This document shows, piece after piece, positions 12,101 to 27,100 of a stretch of 64,000 bases of DNA (position 1 is the stretch's first letter; each line of letters begins with the position of its first letter). This stretch comes from Antedon mediterranea (taxonomy: Eukaryota; Animalia; Echinodermata). The stretch lies in contig NC_092674.1 in the NCBI RefSeq assembly GCF_964355755.1, positions 31,186,001-31,250,000 of the forward strand. Direction: 5' to 3'. The translations under genes were made by a program, and so were the position numbers. The notes under the pieces are model-generated. The model searched no databases and was not told where the DNA came from. It worked only from the letters and a program-made list of their open reading frames with translations.

Positions 12101-15100
12101 ATTTGTGGAATCGGAAGATCTAAAGATTCCAATCGCGACGATGTTTAGGTCATAAAGTCATTTTGATGATTAATATTTCCCCACACTACATATGTAAGCC
12201 CCTTCATGTTTGTGATTTTTGTATGTGAAAATGTTGTAGAAGTGCGATAAGGTTAATTGGGATCAAACACATTTTAGTTGTTTGAGGTCAGCAGGCCACA
12301 TAGTCTGTCACATCGCTTCCAAATCTATTGGGTATACTTTGTAATTATTTAGTAATAGGCTGGATTTTAAATAATGTTAATAGTCGTAAAGTTATGGGAG
12401 TTTAAGACTGATTATTCTAGGATAAAACGACTTCACAATTTACAAAATTTCAAATTTGGTTTGGCTTAAAACTTCAGTTACATGCATGATATTGATACCA
12501 TGATGAGTATATTCGTAGAAGAGTGATGACATTTTGTAATTGTTTTTGTATATCTCAGAGTTTCTATGTATATTTTATAGGCAAATGACAAATAAATGAA
12601 AGTATTTTTTCACTGATGTATGAATGAATTAGTAGAGCATATCTGAAGCTATTATTTAACTTGTTTATACTCACTTCGTTCAAGATTAATCTGTTTTTCT
12701 TGTTGTTTAGCATTTTCCGCAGCCACCTTCAAAAGTCCTTGGATGTTTGTAAGTAGTGTTTCGATCTGTGAGGGCCCATGTGATGAAAATGACTCTGACA
12801 TTTCTATGATACTCTGTGCTGATTGACGTTCGTGTCGCTCCATTGTTTCTGAATGCGATACTCCTATAAATGAAATTCAAAGTTTGCTCAAATAGGAATA
12901 TGTAATGTGGTTTAAAAAAATTGTATTTGTGTATATACTATATTTGTCACTCTCTCATAACATAACATAGAAATTTCATTAACATATATGACATACACGA
13001 TTTAATTCAACAAATGTAATAGCATAATTCTTTATATTATAGTCAGCTTTGACTACTGTCTACACTATCAAACTAGTTTGATGTGCCTAAATATGGTAGT
13101 AATATGCTCAAATATGGTAGTGATATGCTCAAATATGGTAGTGATATGATATCATCATATCCATATATGGGCACATCAATTTTTTTTTTACATAAAGTTT
13201 GATAGTGTAGACAGAGCTTTAATCACATGGTAACAAATACATTTTTTATGGTAGTGATATGCTCAAATATGGTAGTGATATGACATCATCATATCCATAT
13301 ATGGGCACATCAATTTTTTTTTTTACATAAAGTTTGATAGTGTAGACAGAGCTTTAATCACATGGTAACAAATACATTTTTTTCAAACACTTTCACAATG
13401 TTTGAAACAATATGGGAAACCTTTCTAGTCTCACTTGAAACAGAAATTGTGTCAATCAAATCACTTCCTTCTAGGCCCATAGGGAGCTAGCGTTTTTTTC
13501 TCTTATAACTAATCATTTCCTGTAGTATGATAGAAAAAAAAACCCTTCCCTGGGTGGGGAGCTTCTGGTCTTTTTTCTTCATCAACATAATCTCTAGAAT
13601 TGGATGAAATTGAGAAGGTAGAAAACATTTGCACTAATGTAGCATAGCAGCATTTTGAATTAGCTTCATAAATGGTACAATTGAAGTACGAAACTATGTT
13701 TCTTACTCATAATCCAGATCAATATATCGGTTTTTCCGGTAATCACATTTTCAAAATGAAAATATTAAAAAACAATTAAATAAAATAAATTAAACCATTT
13801 ACCTTTATTTACTGGGAGAGAAAAAAAGTAAAACTTAAAATAAGTTAAATTTTTTTTATTAAATCTAAAATTTAAAACAGAATAACAAAGTTAATATTTC
13901 TATTATTTCGTTACAAGATTTAGTTCAAAATCGGTTTTGATTTCCCAATAAATTAGATAATGTAAAAGGAGTCTTCCCCGATTTGTTTTGTGAATGAAAT
14001 GCTATTAAAAATTGCTGACAAATCATAGGTATAGCAGCGGGCATGAATGGTTCCTAGGATTGATGCTTCCTGAGATCCCCAGGGTCTTTTAAACACCTGG
14101 AAAACCCGGGAAATAAAAACCACCAAAAGCTAAGGGATTACAAGGAAAGTATAAAAGTTAAGCAGGTCAATGGGTAAATGAACATGTGGTATCGTCTTTA
14201 TCTCAAAATCGAGAATTTAAATACTAAAGAGTTCTCATTTACAGTCATAACTATTTCCTGTAGCTCATTTTCAATTATAACAACAATTGGAAATCCTAAG
14301 AGATATGGAAAATGGCACAATTGCCAGCATCTGTATCTATTATTGTCTTCTGTGTGTTTAATCAAATGTAAAACTCAGGAAATGTTTTTCGTGCAAGATG
14401 CAACAAACAGGAAAACAATTGATTTAATGTTATATCAACCTGCCAACGCGTGACTGTTAAAACAAGATAGCACCACAATAGTACATTCTCGATTATAAAA
14501 ACATTATCATTCCCGACGGAAAGGAAATAATTACAAAATGGTTTACGTTAAACAACACTAATTGATCTACTTTTGCACGGCAATTTAATTTATCAGAAAA
14601 TAACACAATCTGGGTTCCACCGAAAAGAAGATTTATCCGTGGGCATTCCCTCAGGAAAGGTATAATAAAGAGTATTATATATCGATAATAATGATTCATC
14701 GTTTGCTGATTATATACACATGACAAAATATGAATAGTAATGCTATCTATTATATTAGTAAATGAATCATCTAAATCACCCATACATGCCCAATTAATCA
14801 TAACAATTTGATAAGATCAATGGTTTCAAATTATAAGTACATTTATTAGTTGAGTTCACAGCAGAACAATGGTCTCAATAAGGATTTAAACGTGTACTTT
14901 TATATTGAAATTAAATGATTTATGAACTGTGTGAATGAATAAATGGATAAATAAATGAGTAAATAAATAAATGAAAGAACGCATGAAAGAATTATCGAAT
15001 GAAAAAAAATGAATGGATGAATGAATATGAATGCTTTGATGAAAATATAAAGAAGTGATGAAGAAATTAATGAATGTGGTATCACCTTTATTTTCAAATG

Positions 15101-18100
15101 GATGAATGAAAAGAATGAATAAATGAATAAATGAATGAATGAATGAATGAAAGATGGATAAAGAGATAAATGAATGAATTAATGGAAATATTGAATGAAT
15201 GCAAGAAATGAATTATATAAGGAATAAAGGAATGATGAACAATCTGGTTACGAAAACATTTTTTTTTTTCATTATTAAAGTTGTAACTAATGGATCCATT
15301 TTATCTAGCATAGATCAATTCATACAAGATTCATTTATGATTATCGATTACAGTAATCCAATTTCAGCTTTCTTATACTCTTAATTACCCAATCAGCTAC
15401 TTGTTTATATTCTTATAAATACAGTGACTGTATTAATTGGTAAGCGTCGATAATATTAACAAAATATTGTTTATCATAAACCAAATATTTACAGTAAGCC
15501 TGAAATATTCAACATATTGTAATTTAGTTTGATGATGGATCACATGATCATAAAACATCTATTCCTAAATTTTAATTCTAATAAATACAATTTAATAAAT
15601 TAATTTAAAAAAAGCAGTAATACAAACTGAAACTAATTTGAGTACTTTAAAAAAATATCAAAAGCAAACTGTTTTATTTAGTCAAGTTTTCAATATTTAG
15701 TTTTCATTGTTGTTTGCTGGAAATATAACCCAATATCAAAACTCTGTGAGCACTTTAGAAATGACAAGCAATAACAAAATACAAACTTATGTTTTGTTCA
15801 TTTAATAAATAGAAATCAAAATAAGATATTGCTTTCTAGGTTAGATAAATAGTTAGGAATAACTACATTATTTTGTTAAGTGAAATCTAATCTAGAAATA
15901 ATATTTTGTTTATTAGAGGCACACATTAGTACCTACTGACGTGTATTGTCAATCACCAAATGCTGAATTATTTTATTGAAATAATTCAAATGGGAACTTA
16001 AAATTGAAAAACATTCCAATAAACAAACTACTAAAAAGCGGATAACTAATAATAAAAATAATTGTTTTATTAAAAAGTCTCATACTAGAAAATAAGTAGT
16101 CTACTGCCCTCTATAACCTAGTGTCTTAGAAATTGGACAGTTTTTAAGAAAGAAATAATCAGAATTTAGTTTTTTTTTAAACAAAAAGAAGATACTTACA
16201 GCATAATTTTTAAAGCATTTTAACTTTTTTTTGTACTTTATATATCGTCGTAAATTTTAAGCTGGGACATACAAGCTATTTAGACTTTCATTGTACCTTT
16301 AGAAGGCCCAGACATTTTTTTGTCAACCAAATAAATAAAATGAATGGAAAAATGTTTGTAATGCAAATAGGAAGATAAAAAGTATGGATTCACATTAAAA
16401 CAGCTGAAGCAGCAAAGGGCAATGTATAGGGCCTTAATAAAACGCCACATAACGCCGCCTCAACAACAAAATAAAGATGTTCACATAAGATAACTATTGT
16501 TCCACAGGTGATTTTTACATCTGTGGTTACGAATATTAAGAGATATTCTCGCGTTGGTTAAGTTTTTTGTTCAAGGCTGTTCCTGTACTCATACAGGTAT
16601 TAGACAAGTTCATCAACAACCGCATTATGACAATGGGTCACATGACCAACAGACAGAACATAAACGTCGATACTGTCTGTTAAACAAGGTTAATTATAAA
16701 AAAGATGATGATGATCTATTTATAAATAATTATAACTAATAGGAAAAAAGAATAGATTTTTAAAATATTTTAGAAACAAAAATCAGGTATAAAAAAAGAT
16801 TGTGATGTACAATAAAAACTTGTTGAGTATGATCACCTGCATCCTGTCGGAATGCACGGAAGCTTGTTAGGAAGTAACATACTTTATTACTATTAGTGGT
16901 TATCTTTTTCAGTAGTCAATTCAATTATTATTTTATATTTCCTCAGATTATATAGAATTACTATAAAGTATGCACTGTTTGTTTATATAATTATCTTTAC
17001 AATGGTCTAATAATAAAGTTAAATGACCTAATATTTCAAATGTAAATAAATTTGGCTACATTTACGGAAATCTGTATTATAAACAATTTTAATGCACCCA
17101 TACCATTTAAAAAAACATTGTATTTGTTGTGCTTTCATTTGAATAAAAAACATCTTCAATCAAAAGAGCTATATCAAAGAATCAAAACTTGAATGACAAT
17201 GAATCGGATTGCAGTTTGGAACTGAAGAACAAAACGAGTAAATTATACAATCTAAGTAACACAAGGGTGACAGGAAATACTAAAATAACCAATTAAATAC
17301 AAAAGAATGAAAAGCCAAGCTCCTCCTTGATTAATAGTAATAGTATAGTAAGTATTTGGCTTTAATTTAATTCAGACAGTTTTTGAAAAATTCCTGTATT
17401 TCATCTTGTTGTTGCATTTCTCTAAAACATACCACTAGCCTTCTGAAGTACTTACTTGTAGGCATCTTGGAATGGTAGGAGTTGTGATGTGCTATTGGTG
17501 GTGGTTGCAGTGAAGGTACCATTGATGGCAGCAGGCCATTCTCTTGCTGTTGCTTATTGTGAAGATGTGCTATAAAAATAAAATAATTTAATTATAAAAA
17601 AATAATATAGCTGTAAGGAAATATTCTTTGTATTCAAGTGTTTTTTTTCTTTATTTTGGTCAATCAATTTGATGAAACATTGAAGAAAAAGATTAGAAAA
17701 TATAAATTTACCTAACTTAATTATAAAAAAAACAATATAAACACTAAACAAAAATCCAGCTAAACCAACATAAATCTGGTTATTACAGTGTATAAGATAT
17801 TTGTAAAAATCTTTCTAAAATTCAATTCCATGTTAAAGTAAAATAATTAAATTAACAAAATTATGATTTTTTTCTCTCTAATTGTTGTTGTTCAACACCA
17901 GCAACATTAATGTTTTCGACATGATGGTTTAATCCATCATCACTAGCTGACATTAAACATCACATTAATGTATGACCCATGTTGCAGTCAACATCCTGGG
18001 TCACAACATTACAGGTGATTGATTATATATGTATCGTTCATCTTGAAGTAATTCACTTCACAAGTTGGAGTGATTGAAATAAACTTGAATATAAAACACA

Positions 18101-21100
18101 TAAAAGTCAATGAAATAAATAAAACAATGTTACTAGTGTTTACATTTATTGTGAATGTTACTTAAGTGACATTTTTTGTTTCCTAAAATCTATTGGTGTT
18201 TATTAACAAGATTTAAAGTATAATTCTGACTGATGATAGTGCGATATATTCAAATGATCGCAGGATTACTATTGTTTACATTTACTGTGAATTTAATTTA
18301 AGTGATATTTTTTTGTTACAAATCAAATCTAAAATCCATTTATGTCTACTAACAACATTTAAAGCATAATTCTGACTGATGATGCCATGATATATTCAAA
18401 TGATCGCAAATAATTGTGAAAAACTACAATTTTTTAAACTCTGAAATGAACTCATAAAATTGTTCAATATTTGTCTATGATATGGCAATAATACCAATTA
18501 AAAGTTAATTTAATAAACATAAAATATGTATTTATTTATGTTTTCATGTTAACCTAAATGTTAATTGCATGATTCATTTAATGATTTATTTCCCTCTATT
18601 TTCGCAGGGTACGTGTCATGATTGTCCGTAAAAATCAATTAATCGTTTTAAGTCGCATTTAATAGCTGGTAGAATGAACTAAGAGCCTTCACTCTTTCAC
18701 ATCAAAATATTTAGATAACTTTGTTAAAGATGAACAAGAAAGGAAAACGCAATCAGATGGAATATTGTGATATTGCAATTTCTAAGCTAACAGTATAGTC
18801 CCAAGGTGAAATATGAATAACTCTTAACTGATTGCCTTTCGGCTGAAAACGTCAGGTTAAAATATTAAATAGCGCCCTCAGGGTGTGTGTGAAAGGTTAG
18901 CAGTACCGCCCTTTTCATCGAATATTTCAAGATTGTACATATTTTAATTGGTATATTAGCACTAAAAGTGTAAAGGTGCCAAATAGTTGTCCTATTATTA
19001 TACAGTTGTAAATATCAACTGGTATATCTCATGTATGTGATACTGTATATTTCTTTACAATCAAATGGTGGTAAATAAAGGTTCTGAAATTGTCACTGGG
19101 TTTCCTCAATCGGGAAAAAGACACTTGACACTTGAATCAATCAATCAATCAATTGTCATAGGAACAAAAATTACATACACATCACTGAAGCAGATTATGA
19201 ATATTCTAAAATGTTGAAATGTGCGTTTTTTTTACTACAGCGGCAATATTCAGAATGTCACATATCATAAAACCTATTTTAAATTCAAATTGGTCCTAAT
19301 TCTGTCAACAATAGCACATTTTACCACCAATAATTCCAAGTTGGTTTATAAATAACGTTCAATGGGTCAATATGGTAACAAGGTTACATATTGATATGAT
19401 CAAAACTCTATCTATCTAGAGATCAAGTAATTGCCACTTTTAATATCAAATTTCCATTAAGAATTTCTGGAGATATATGGCAAATGTATCATCAAATAAT
19501 TTATTCTATTGATAACAAATACATGATAACAATATGGAGAAGTAGATAAGATGAAGATACAATCTTTGGACAATAAATAAGGTTTTTCTTATCTGAATTT
19601 ACCTTCACAAAATAATGGTTTTCAATTGCTTTGTATTCAGCGAATGGTCTACTCCCAAAAGCCCATAACTAGGATTTTTATAAGGGTTCTAATTTCTACA
19701 AAAGTTGCAAACAACTTGAGCTTGTCTAGTTGGGCCTACAATCTACAATTCGTCCACTGTTGCTTTATATTGTAAGTTTTAATGGGCATGTCAGAAAAAG
19801 GTTTGAAATCTCTATAATAGAATTGTAATTATTAAATTTACACCTGCAAACTTATGACGTCTAAAAGTGTTCCTGCAACTAGGGCTCTAGGCTAAAACAC
19901 TATTTAAAGTTCAGAAGATCATCATTGCAAAAATAATTATATGCTATTTAAAACACAAATCATGTTTATTCAGATGATATTTATAGGACAACTATATTAG
20001 GTACAAGTTCTGACATGGGAAATAATTAACCTGTGTTCACACTGTTATAAAACAAGCATATGTTCACACTCTATAAAATAAGCCTGTGTTACAATTTGTT
20101 AGATTTGAATCAGTTCCATTGGAATGGTTTCAGATGTTTACACTCTTCTGACCGTTTCTTAATTTATGATTGAGCAATGATTTTCAACATTATATCAATG
20201 ATAAATAACATTTTAGAATAATTATTAAATGAAGAAAATTAATTAAATATTATTGATAGGTATAGCGTGACAATGATAATACTCAACAAAAGCAAAGTAT
20301 CACTGTGTGAATGACGAAACTAAACAATAGTCATTAAACCCATCATTCAACTCCGTCACTACTTTGTGAGTTTATCAGAAAGTAATGAATTGAAACGCCA
20401 GAAATCAAATCAACATCGACATATTTGTTTCATTCTGAACAGATATAATTACAGTTTCTAAACTGGCAATTTGTATTGGTAACAACGTTTGACTATCACT
20501 TGACCAGTGGTCAGATGGTCAAATATAGAAGATTGACCTTTGGGGCATTTTATAATAGCACTTTAGAAATGATGGACTGATTTATGTACAATTGAGACTA
20601 CCGAAGCAATATGCAATCCAATTTACAATTTTATTGTATGTAGGTATGAAAGAGGTTTTAATATGATTATTATTCTTCAGATCGTCAATGATTAATATAG
20701 CCACTGACAAAATTATTTTGTATTAATAAAGGTAAACAGTTTATTATCTAAAATTAATTAAATGTATTTACAAAACAATTTAAATTACTTTCCACTGTAT
20801 AACAAATGCCCTTTGTTTTAAAATAATAAAATTTGATTTAATCATCTGTTTTGGCCTACCATAATATCGTGCATTCACCTTTTCATTTCCTAATAAGGAA
20901 ATTTTAATAAAATGTGAAAATGCAAAATTAGAGTTTCTTGAGTCCAATTACATCTGTTAACATACACAGATGTACTTCTAGATAATAAAGTCTATTTATA
21001 TAAAATGTTTTTTTTTAGTTTCACCTTTTTACATTTTAAACATTTATCTCTTAATAACATTTCCTATAGTTGACCTAAGTCATTTTATTTCATCTGCAAT

Positions 21101-24100
21101 TTTTCAAGGATCATTAACGAGAAATTAACAGGGATGTGTGGAATGACTAGAAAAAAGAAACCCATCTCCAGGAAAGACATCGTCGAGGTCGCAAATAAAA
21201 AGTTTGACCAATGAAAAATAGCTCAAATATATACACCGAGGTGAAAATTGGTAATGAGTGAGATGCTTAAGAAAAAAACAGAAGGTCTTGATGATTCAAC
21301 ATGATTAAAAGGAAAATAGATAAAAGAAGATATCAAGGAAATGACCTGTAGAATTGTCAAGTAAAAAATGAAATTGTTGACAGCGTCAAAAAGTATCAAA
21401 TTAAAATTTAAACGTAATGAATTGAGACATCGACGAGAACTGCCCTTCGTTTATTGATTAAAACCAAGGTATTAGAAAAACTGGAAACAAGTTGACATCT
21501 TCATTACTGTCTGTTTGCTGGCCTGCTGTATGTCCACCGTGCGTCTAGGTGATTGATATCAAAAGTATAACTAATTGAAATGTTGACAGACAAGTATTAG
21601 GATTGTTGTTCACAATATACTGATGTTTCGCCACCTTTCAAGATTTTAAACTGAATAAACACTTCTCTGTGATTAATTCATTTTTTTCAAATATCAATCT
21701 CGTTGGAATTGAGCAGGAATTGCTGAAATAGACCTGTCAATTATGGGTTTGTTTACCGTTGTTGTTTTGCATATCACTTTAATATCTATATTAACATTAG
21801 TATGAAAGCAATTTCGAAAAGAATTAATCGAAAAACCTTCATGAGGATGTCAAACTTATATTATTCTAACATTATAACACACAGAAGTGTATTCTTGCCA
21901 GTTGATTGGTTGTGTATCATGTGCCGTGCATTATTTTCTCCCATTGAAGGTTCTATTGCATGGTAGGTTATATTAACATGAAGGTACTATTGCATGGTAG
22001 CTTCTATTAACAAATTTTATGGTCTAAGCCTAAATATTGAGAGATGGAAAACCCACTTGTAGAGCGACCATCCAATCTCTCTGTTACTGCGGCAAATTTA
22101 ACAAAAAGTAGTTTCCAGCTCAAGTATAGTTATGGCACGCCATGTATGCCAAAATGTTTTTTTTTAATATCAAGGTAACCAAAATCCTATAAATAACTGG
22201 TGTAAGGCATTTACTAATTGAAATTTCACTTTAAATAATTGAAAATCAAATTATCTTTAAAATGTCTTCCATCAATTATCATGAATGAGTAAGATGTTAT
22301 TTAGGAATTTACGTTAAGTGACATGATATAAAAGGTGATTCAACCGATACAAACAATTTTGACTTTTGATGAGAATATAAATAATAATTGAATAAGGATG
22401 TGAATAATATATTTAATCAAAAGATGGACAAATGCTTTGAAAAGATTGAATAGAAATTAAAAAGCAAAATGTGTATATGTTTGAGGAAACAAGTTTTTAA
22501 TATTTATTAGGAATTATAATATCTGTATAATAATAATAATCTATATTTGCATTTTCATAAATAATCTTTTTCTCTTCGAATAACATTTCTGTTGATTGTT
22601 TAGCGCTTCGATCTAATCCGTTTCCAGTGAAGCTTGAGGACAAATATATATATACCCTATATACCTTAAATACATTTTGCGTTTTCTTAAATTGAACATT
22701 ATTATTTTCATATCAGTACATTTTCAACATCTTGCAGTTGGTTTGCTTGAACTATGAATGGCTTTGAACCAAGAACTCTGGGATCATAAAGCAAGCACAT
22801 TACTTACCAAGGCTCTCCTCCATCGCTGCCATTGCTTCGCGATGGATTAAGTCACTACGTCTGTCTTTACACAGCACAGAGTCATCACTATGCGGTGAGC
22901 TCAGATCCTTTGCTACGTCTGATCCTAATTCATCTCGTGGAGAGACTCCAGCGCTCTCAGTACCAGAGTGTTCACGGCTGGCAGACGTCTCACTTCCTGA
23001 TGCACTCAATGGTGGTTTGATCAACGACATAGGTTCGTCAGCACGTGCCATCAAATTTGCTCGTGACGCCATTGAGAATGAGGCTGGGATGAAAGCAGGA
23101 TGGGTAGTGAGCAGGTATGGTGACGATACCATTGCTCCGTACCCATTAGAAAATCCATGCAGTTTTGGACTCAGAGCTCCTAAAGAAAGATATAATAAAA
23201 ATATATTTTTTAAATAAGCAATTGTTAAATAATTTATAATTATATGCTGGCTGATCTGAATATAGTACTTTTACTGTAACAATTTATACTCCTGTGCATA
23301 TAGATCATTATAAACTGTTTCAAGGAAAAATTCCCAACTCCAAAAATGTGCAAATAATATGTTTTATTACATTGACATTTCAAAGGGAAACATTTATTCT
23401 TCACTTTATTCAAATTTCATTTTAGCTGAAACAAATTCATAGAAAGAAAGAGAAATATTAGTTGTAGCCAATATTTATTTTAATATCCCAAATGTCTTAT
23501 TCTGTTAATTCAATTCTATTCCCATTTTAGCTTTTGGCCTAGAAACCTTCACTCTGGACAATTAAATTTGCACAGATATCACAATCCATTTAATCGTATT
23601 AATAACATCCGTAGTATTAAACCAATTGAAAATAATTGTCTCTAAAACATACATCTAATTTTGCCATTTCTTTGATTAGAAATATACACGTTACTTCATT
23701 ACAAATTCATAGTTGAGATTAACACTTATTCGAATGAACAAATCCCAATGTGAATAAAACATATTAAATACAATTTTTAGTTTCGTTAAATTTCCTAACA
23801 GATCTTTGAAACCTAGCGGTGTTATTATTGCGAAAGCCATAGAAAAGAATAACAAGCATACACTTTTATTCTTAAAACTGTAAAACCAATTCATGTATAA
23901 TATTTTCTTATGAATTTTAAACTTTGTATTGTAAAAATATTATTGTTTCAGCCTTCTGGTTATTTGTGGCTTTCTTTTTTTGGACAATATATATACCTGA
24001 ATTATATTAATGTAAAAAAAAAAACAATGTATAAAAAAAGGGTAATAATATTTCTCAAAAACAGAGAATTGGCTTGAACTAAAATTACCTTTTATTAATA

Positions 24101-27100
24101 GAAACAAAATCAGATAAAGTAAATGTAGGTACCAGGTTTTTATCTAATTTCAATTGTACATTAATAGTACAAAAGCTTAAAATTGTTATCAATATCCTTG
24201 AATATGTAAGAATTCTTTCAATACATCATTTCATAAAGGAAGAACCTTGCTAGATTTTAAAAATGATCTATTTAACAGGTTTTATTTTTTCTTTCTTTCA
24301 TACAAAGAATGCTAAACTGATTATATTAACATAATACTTTAAAAGATCACACCTAAAGTCAGCTTGATCTTCTTTGAACTAAAGCCCTGTCTACACTATC
24401 AACATTTATGTGACAAAAATGTGATGTGCCCAAAAATGGACATGATGATGTCATATCACTACCATATTTGGGCAAATCTTACTTTTTTGTCAAACTAGTT
24501 TGATGGTATAGACAGAGCTTATCACATATTATTGGTAGAATACAAAGAATATTATTCTTAGACAGCAGAGGGTGCATTAATGCCCAAATTATAACCTGTA
24601 CTTTTTAGTTGTGTCTCTAAATTTTGCTATCATGAAAACATTACTGGTTCTAGCAAGAATCAGAATTGAATTTAAACTCTACAATTGAAACTTACTACCA
24701 TTATTAATCATGACATATATTATGTTGAGTTACAACAGAAAGAAAAATTCCAATTCTTTCTACTCGGTCTTAATGTAACAAGTTTTCATTTCGTAATCTG
24801 ATTTCCGTTTACCAGTTGACTGATTGGTGGAATTCTTTTTCCGCTTTGGGAACATTCAAGATTTTGAGAATAGAAACATAATAAAAGAGAAACAAACGCA
24901 TCACAATTAATGCCAATGCCTTTCTTACCATTGTGAAAATCACTTTCGTATTTTGATTTCTTGACGTCTGCTCCGTGATGAGCGAGGGCGTGTAACGGTG
25001 GGCTTAACATAAATGGCACACTCCTTTTTGGTGGTCTTCCTGGTCGGCTACTGAAAAATACAAAGTAACAAAAACCTTTTGTTAGTATTAATACTTTATC
25101 TATCAAAGTTCTTTTGCACCCTTAATTTAGGCTAATATTATACATAACACTTTTTATGGTCAATTCCATTGTTAATGCAATCGAATATAGAATAGACTTC
25201 CATCCCTAGAAAATTACAAATTATGGTAGCTACTTTTTAGGGTTTCATTATTGCTACTTTTTAGTGTTAATTTTCTGTATCTAAGATAAACTTATGAAAA
25301 ATCATTATAAATAATAAATGATTACTCATGAACATAGGTTATGAAACAGGTCAAGCAGTCAATATTGACCAGTAAAATAAACATGGTTTCCTACAGCCCT
25401 TTTAAACATAAAGAACCTTACTAATACAAACAACAATTAACAGTATGAAAAAAAGAATTCTGTAAATATTTAATATTGAGTTAGGGTTTGGTTTGATTTT
25501 GTCCAATGAATATTAGCCAAGTAAGGTAAATAAATGACAATTATTAATACAAAAATGGACCTACACAAATATTTGAAATAAGTATATCGTGGTTGCAGTG
25601 TGAACAAGAAAAATAGAAAAGCGATTCAAGTTACTTGGGTAAGATAAATAAAACTATGGCATTACAAGAAATAAACCTTGCTTCGCGGACCGCAACAAAA
25701 TCAACATCTATAAACTGTGAATCTTTTGTGTGGCACTCTTTGCATGTAATTAATACGTATGTTTATTACGAATGATTTGATGCGGATTCTGAAATCGATG
25801 CTATTTTCTTGGGTCATTCGCTTTTGATTGACATATAAACTAGTAATTTGACAAAACTCAAATGAAACAATTTACTTTCCGCTTCAGTGGTTATAGCATT
25901 TGACTAGCCTAAGGTAGAATTTCGACATCTGGGTTGTTTGCCACCTACGACAAAAACCTGTACTTCACTAATCCAAAAACAAAAAGTTTATTACGTTTAG
26001 GAAATCATAAAATGAAATTACTTTAGTAAAGCCTCTGGCGCTAACAAGACCTTAGATTTAGCTCTGCTTGGAAGCGACATACAAAAACAGCCAGCAGACA
26101 AAAATAAATATTTCTCTCGAATGAAAACAAAACAGGGCAGGATGATTAAAGTCTTGATACCGACACTCTACACCTGAACGCTAATAAATATTGGACAATT
26201 GATATAAACCTGACGTTAAACGTGTGATTACATTTGAAAGGGAATAGTAATTATGATTTTATTAGCAACAGACAGATTTATGGAGTAAACTTGATTTAAA
26301 ATGTTAGTATTTCTTCATTCATGTTTACTTTACATTAACAACGATTACTGTACGAGTAATTTAGTGATGATAATTTAAATCAAGAAAAAAAAAGATTTAG
26401 AAAAGAAATGTTAAGATACAGTAGAACCATTGCTTTGAGACATCACTGCACAGGGTACACCTCTTATGAAGAGGACACTTTTTTATAAAATTGAACAAGG
26501 GGTTTGTGTTTTGATGGCTAACCTCTATTCAGAGAAAACACTTCTATTATAAAGGACAAACAACAGATTCTAAGACAACCTCTATAACTTTATGATCTTA
26601 TAACAATCAGGTTTAATTTCAATAATTGTAATAATTGTGCTGTTCTTTTCAGTTCTGAATACAATAGAAACAAATAAATGTATCAATTTTAACAAAATCA
26701 TTGACATCAAAAAAGGATAGTAAGCTTATAAATACATATATCAACTTTAAAATTTGATTTGTTGTGCTTACATTAATCAACGTTTTGATTATTACCATGA
26801 TGCAATAACCAATCTAATGAGAAGTACGATACCAGCTAATTGTAATAACTATAATATGATCTCACTTTATGATACAAAGTCAAAAAGGTTTGAACAGACC
26901 CTTAGACTGGTTAAACTCATGAGTTGAGGTTGAAAAATGGTCTGAGCAGACCCTTAGACCAGTTAAACAAGTTGAAAGAAATTGAATCAAACAATTAAAT
27001 GTTGTATTAGTACAGTGACCAACTGTGTTATTTTTAGACCTGTTTCAACAATTGGCAATATTCTCACCGTCCATGCGATGAATTATAATAATTTAAATTG

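Noticed and set aside
22758-22800. tRNA gene (B-box-like GGTTCAAAGCC on minus; similar near 63290)
   Set aside because: No cloverleaf; at most a decayed SINE head.
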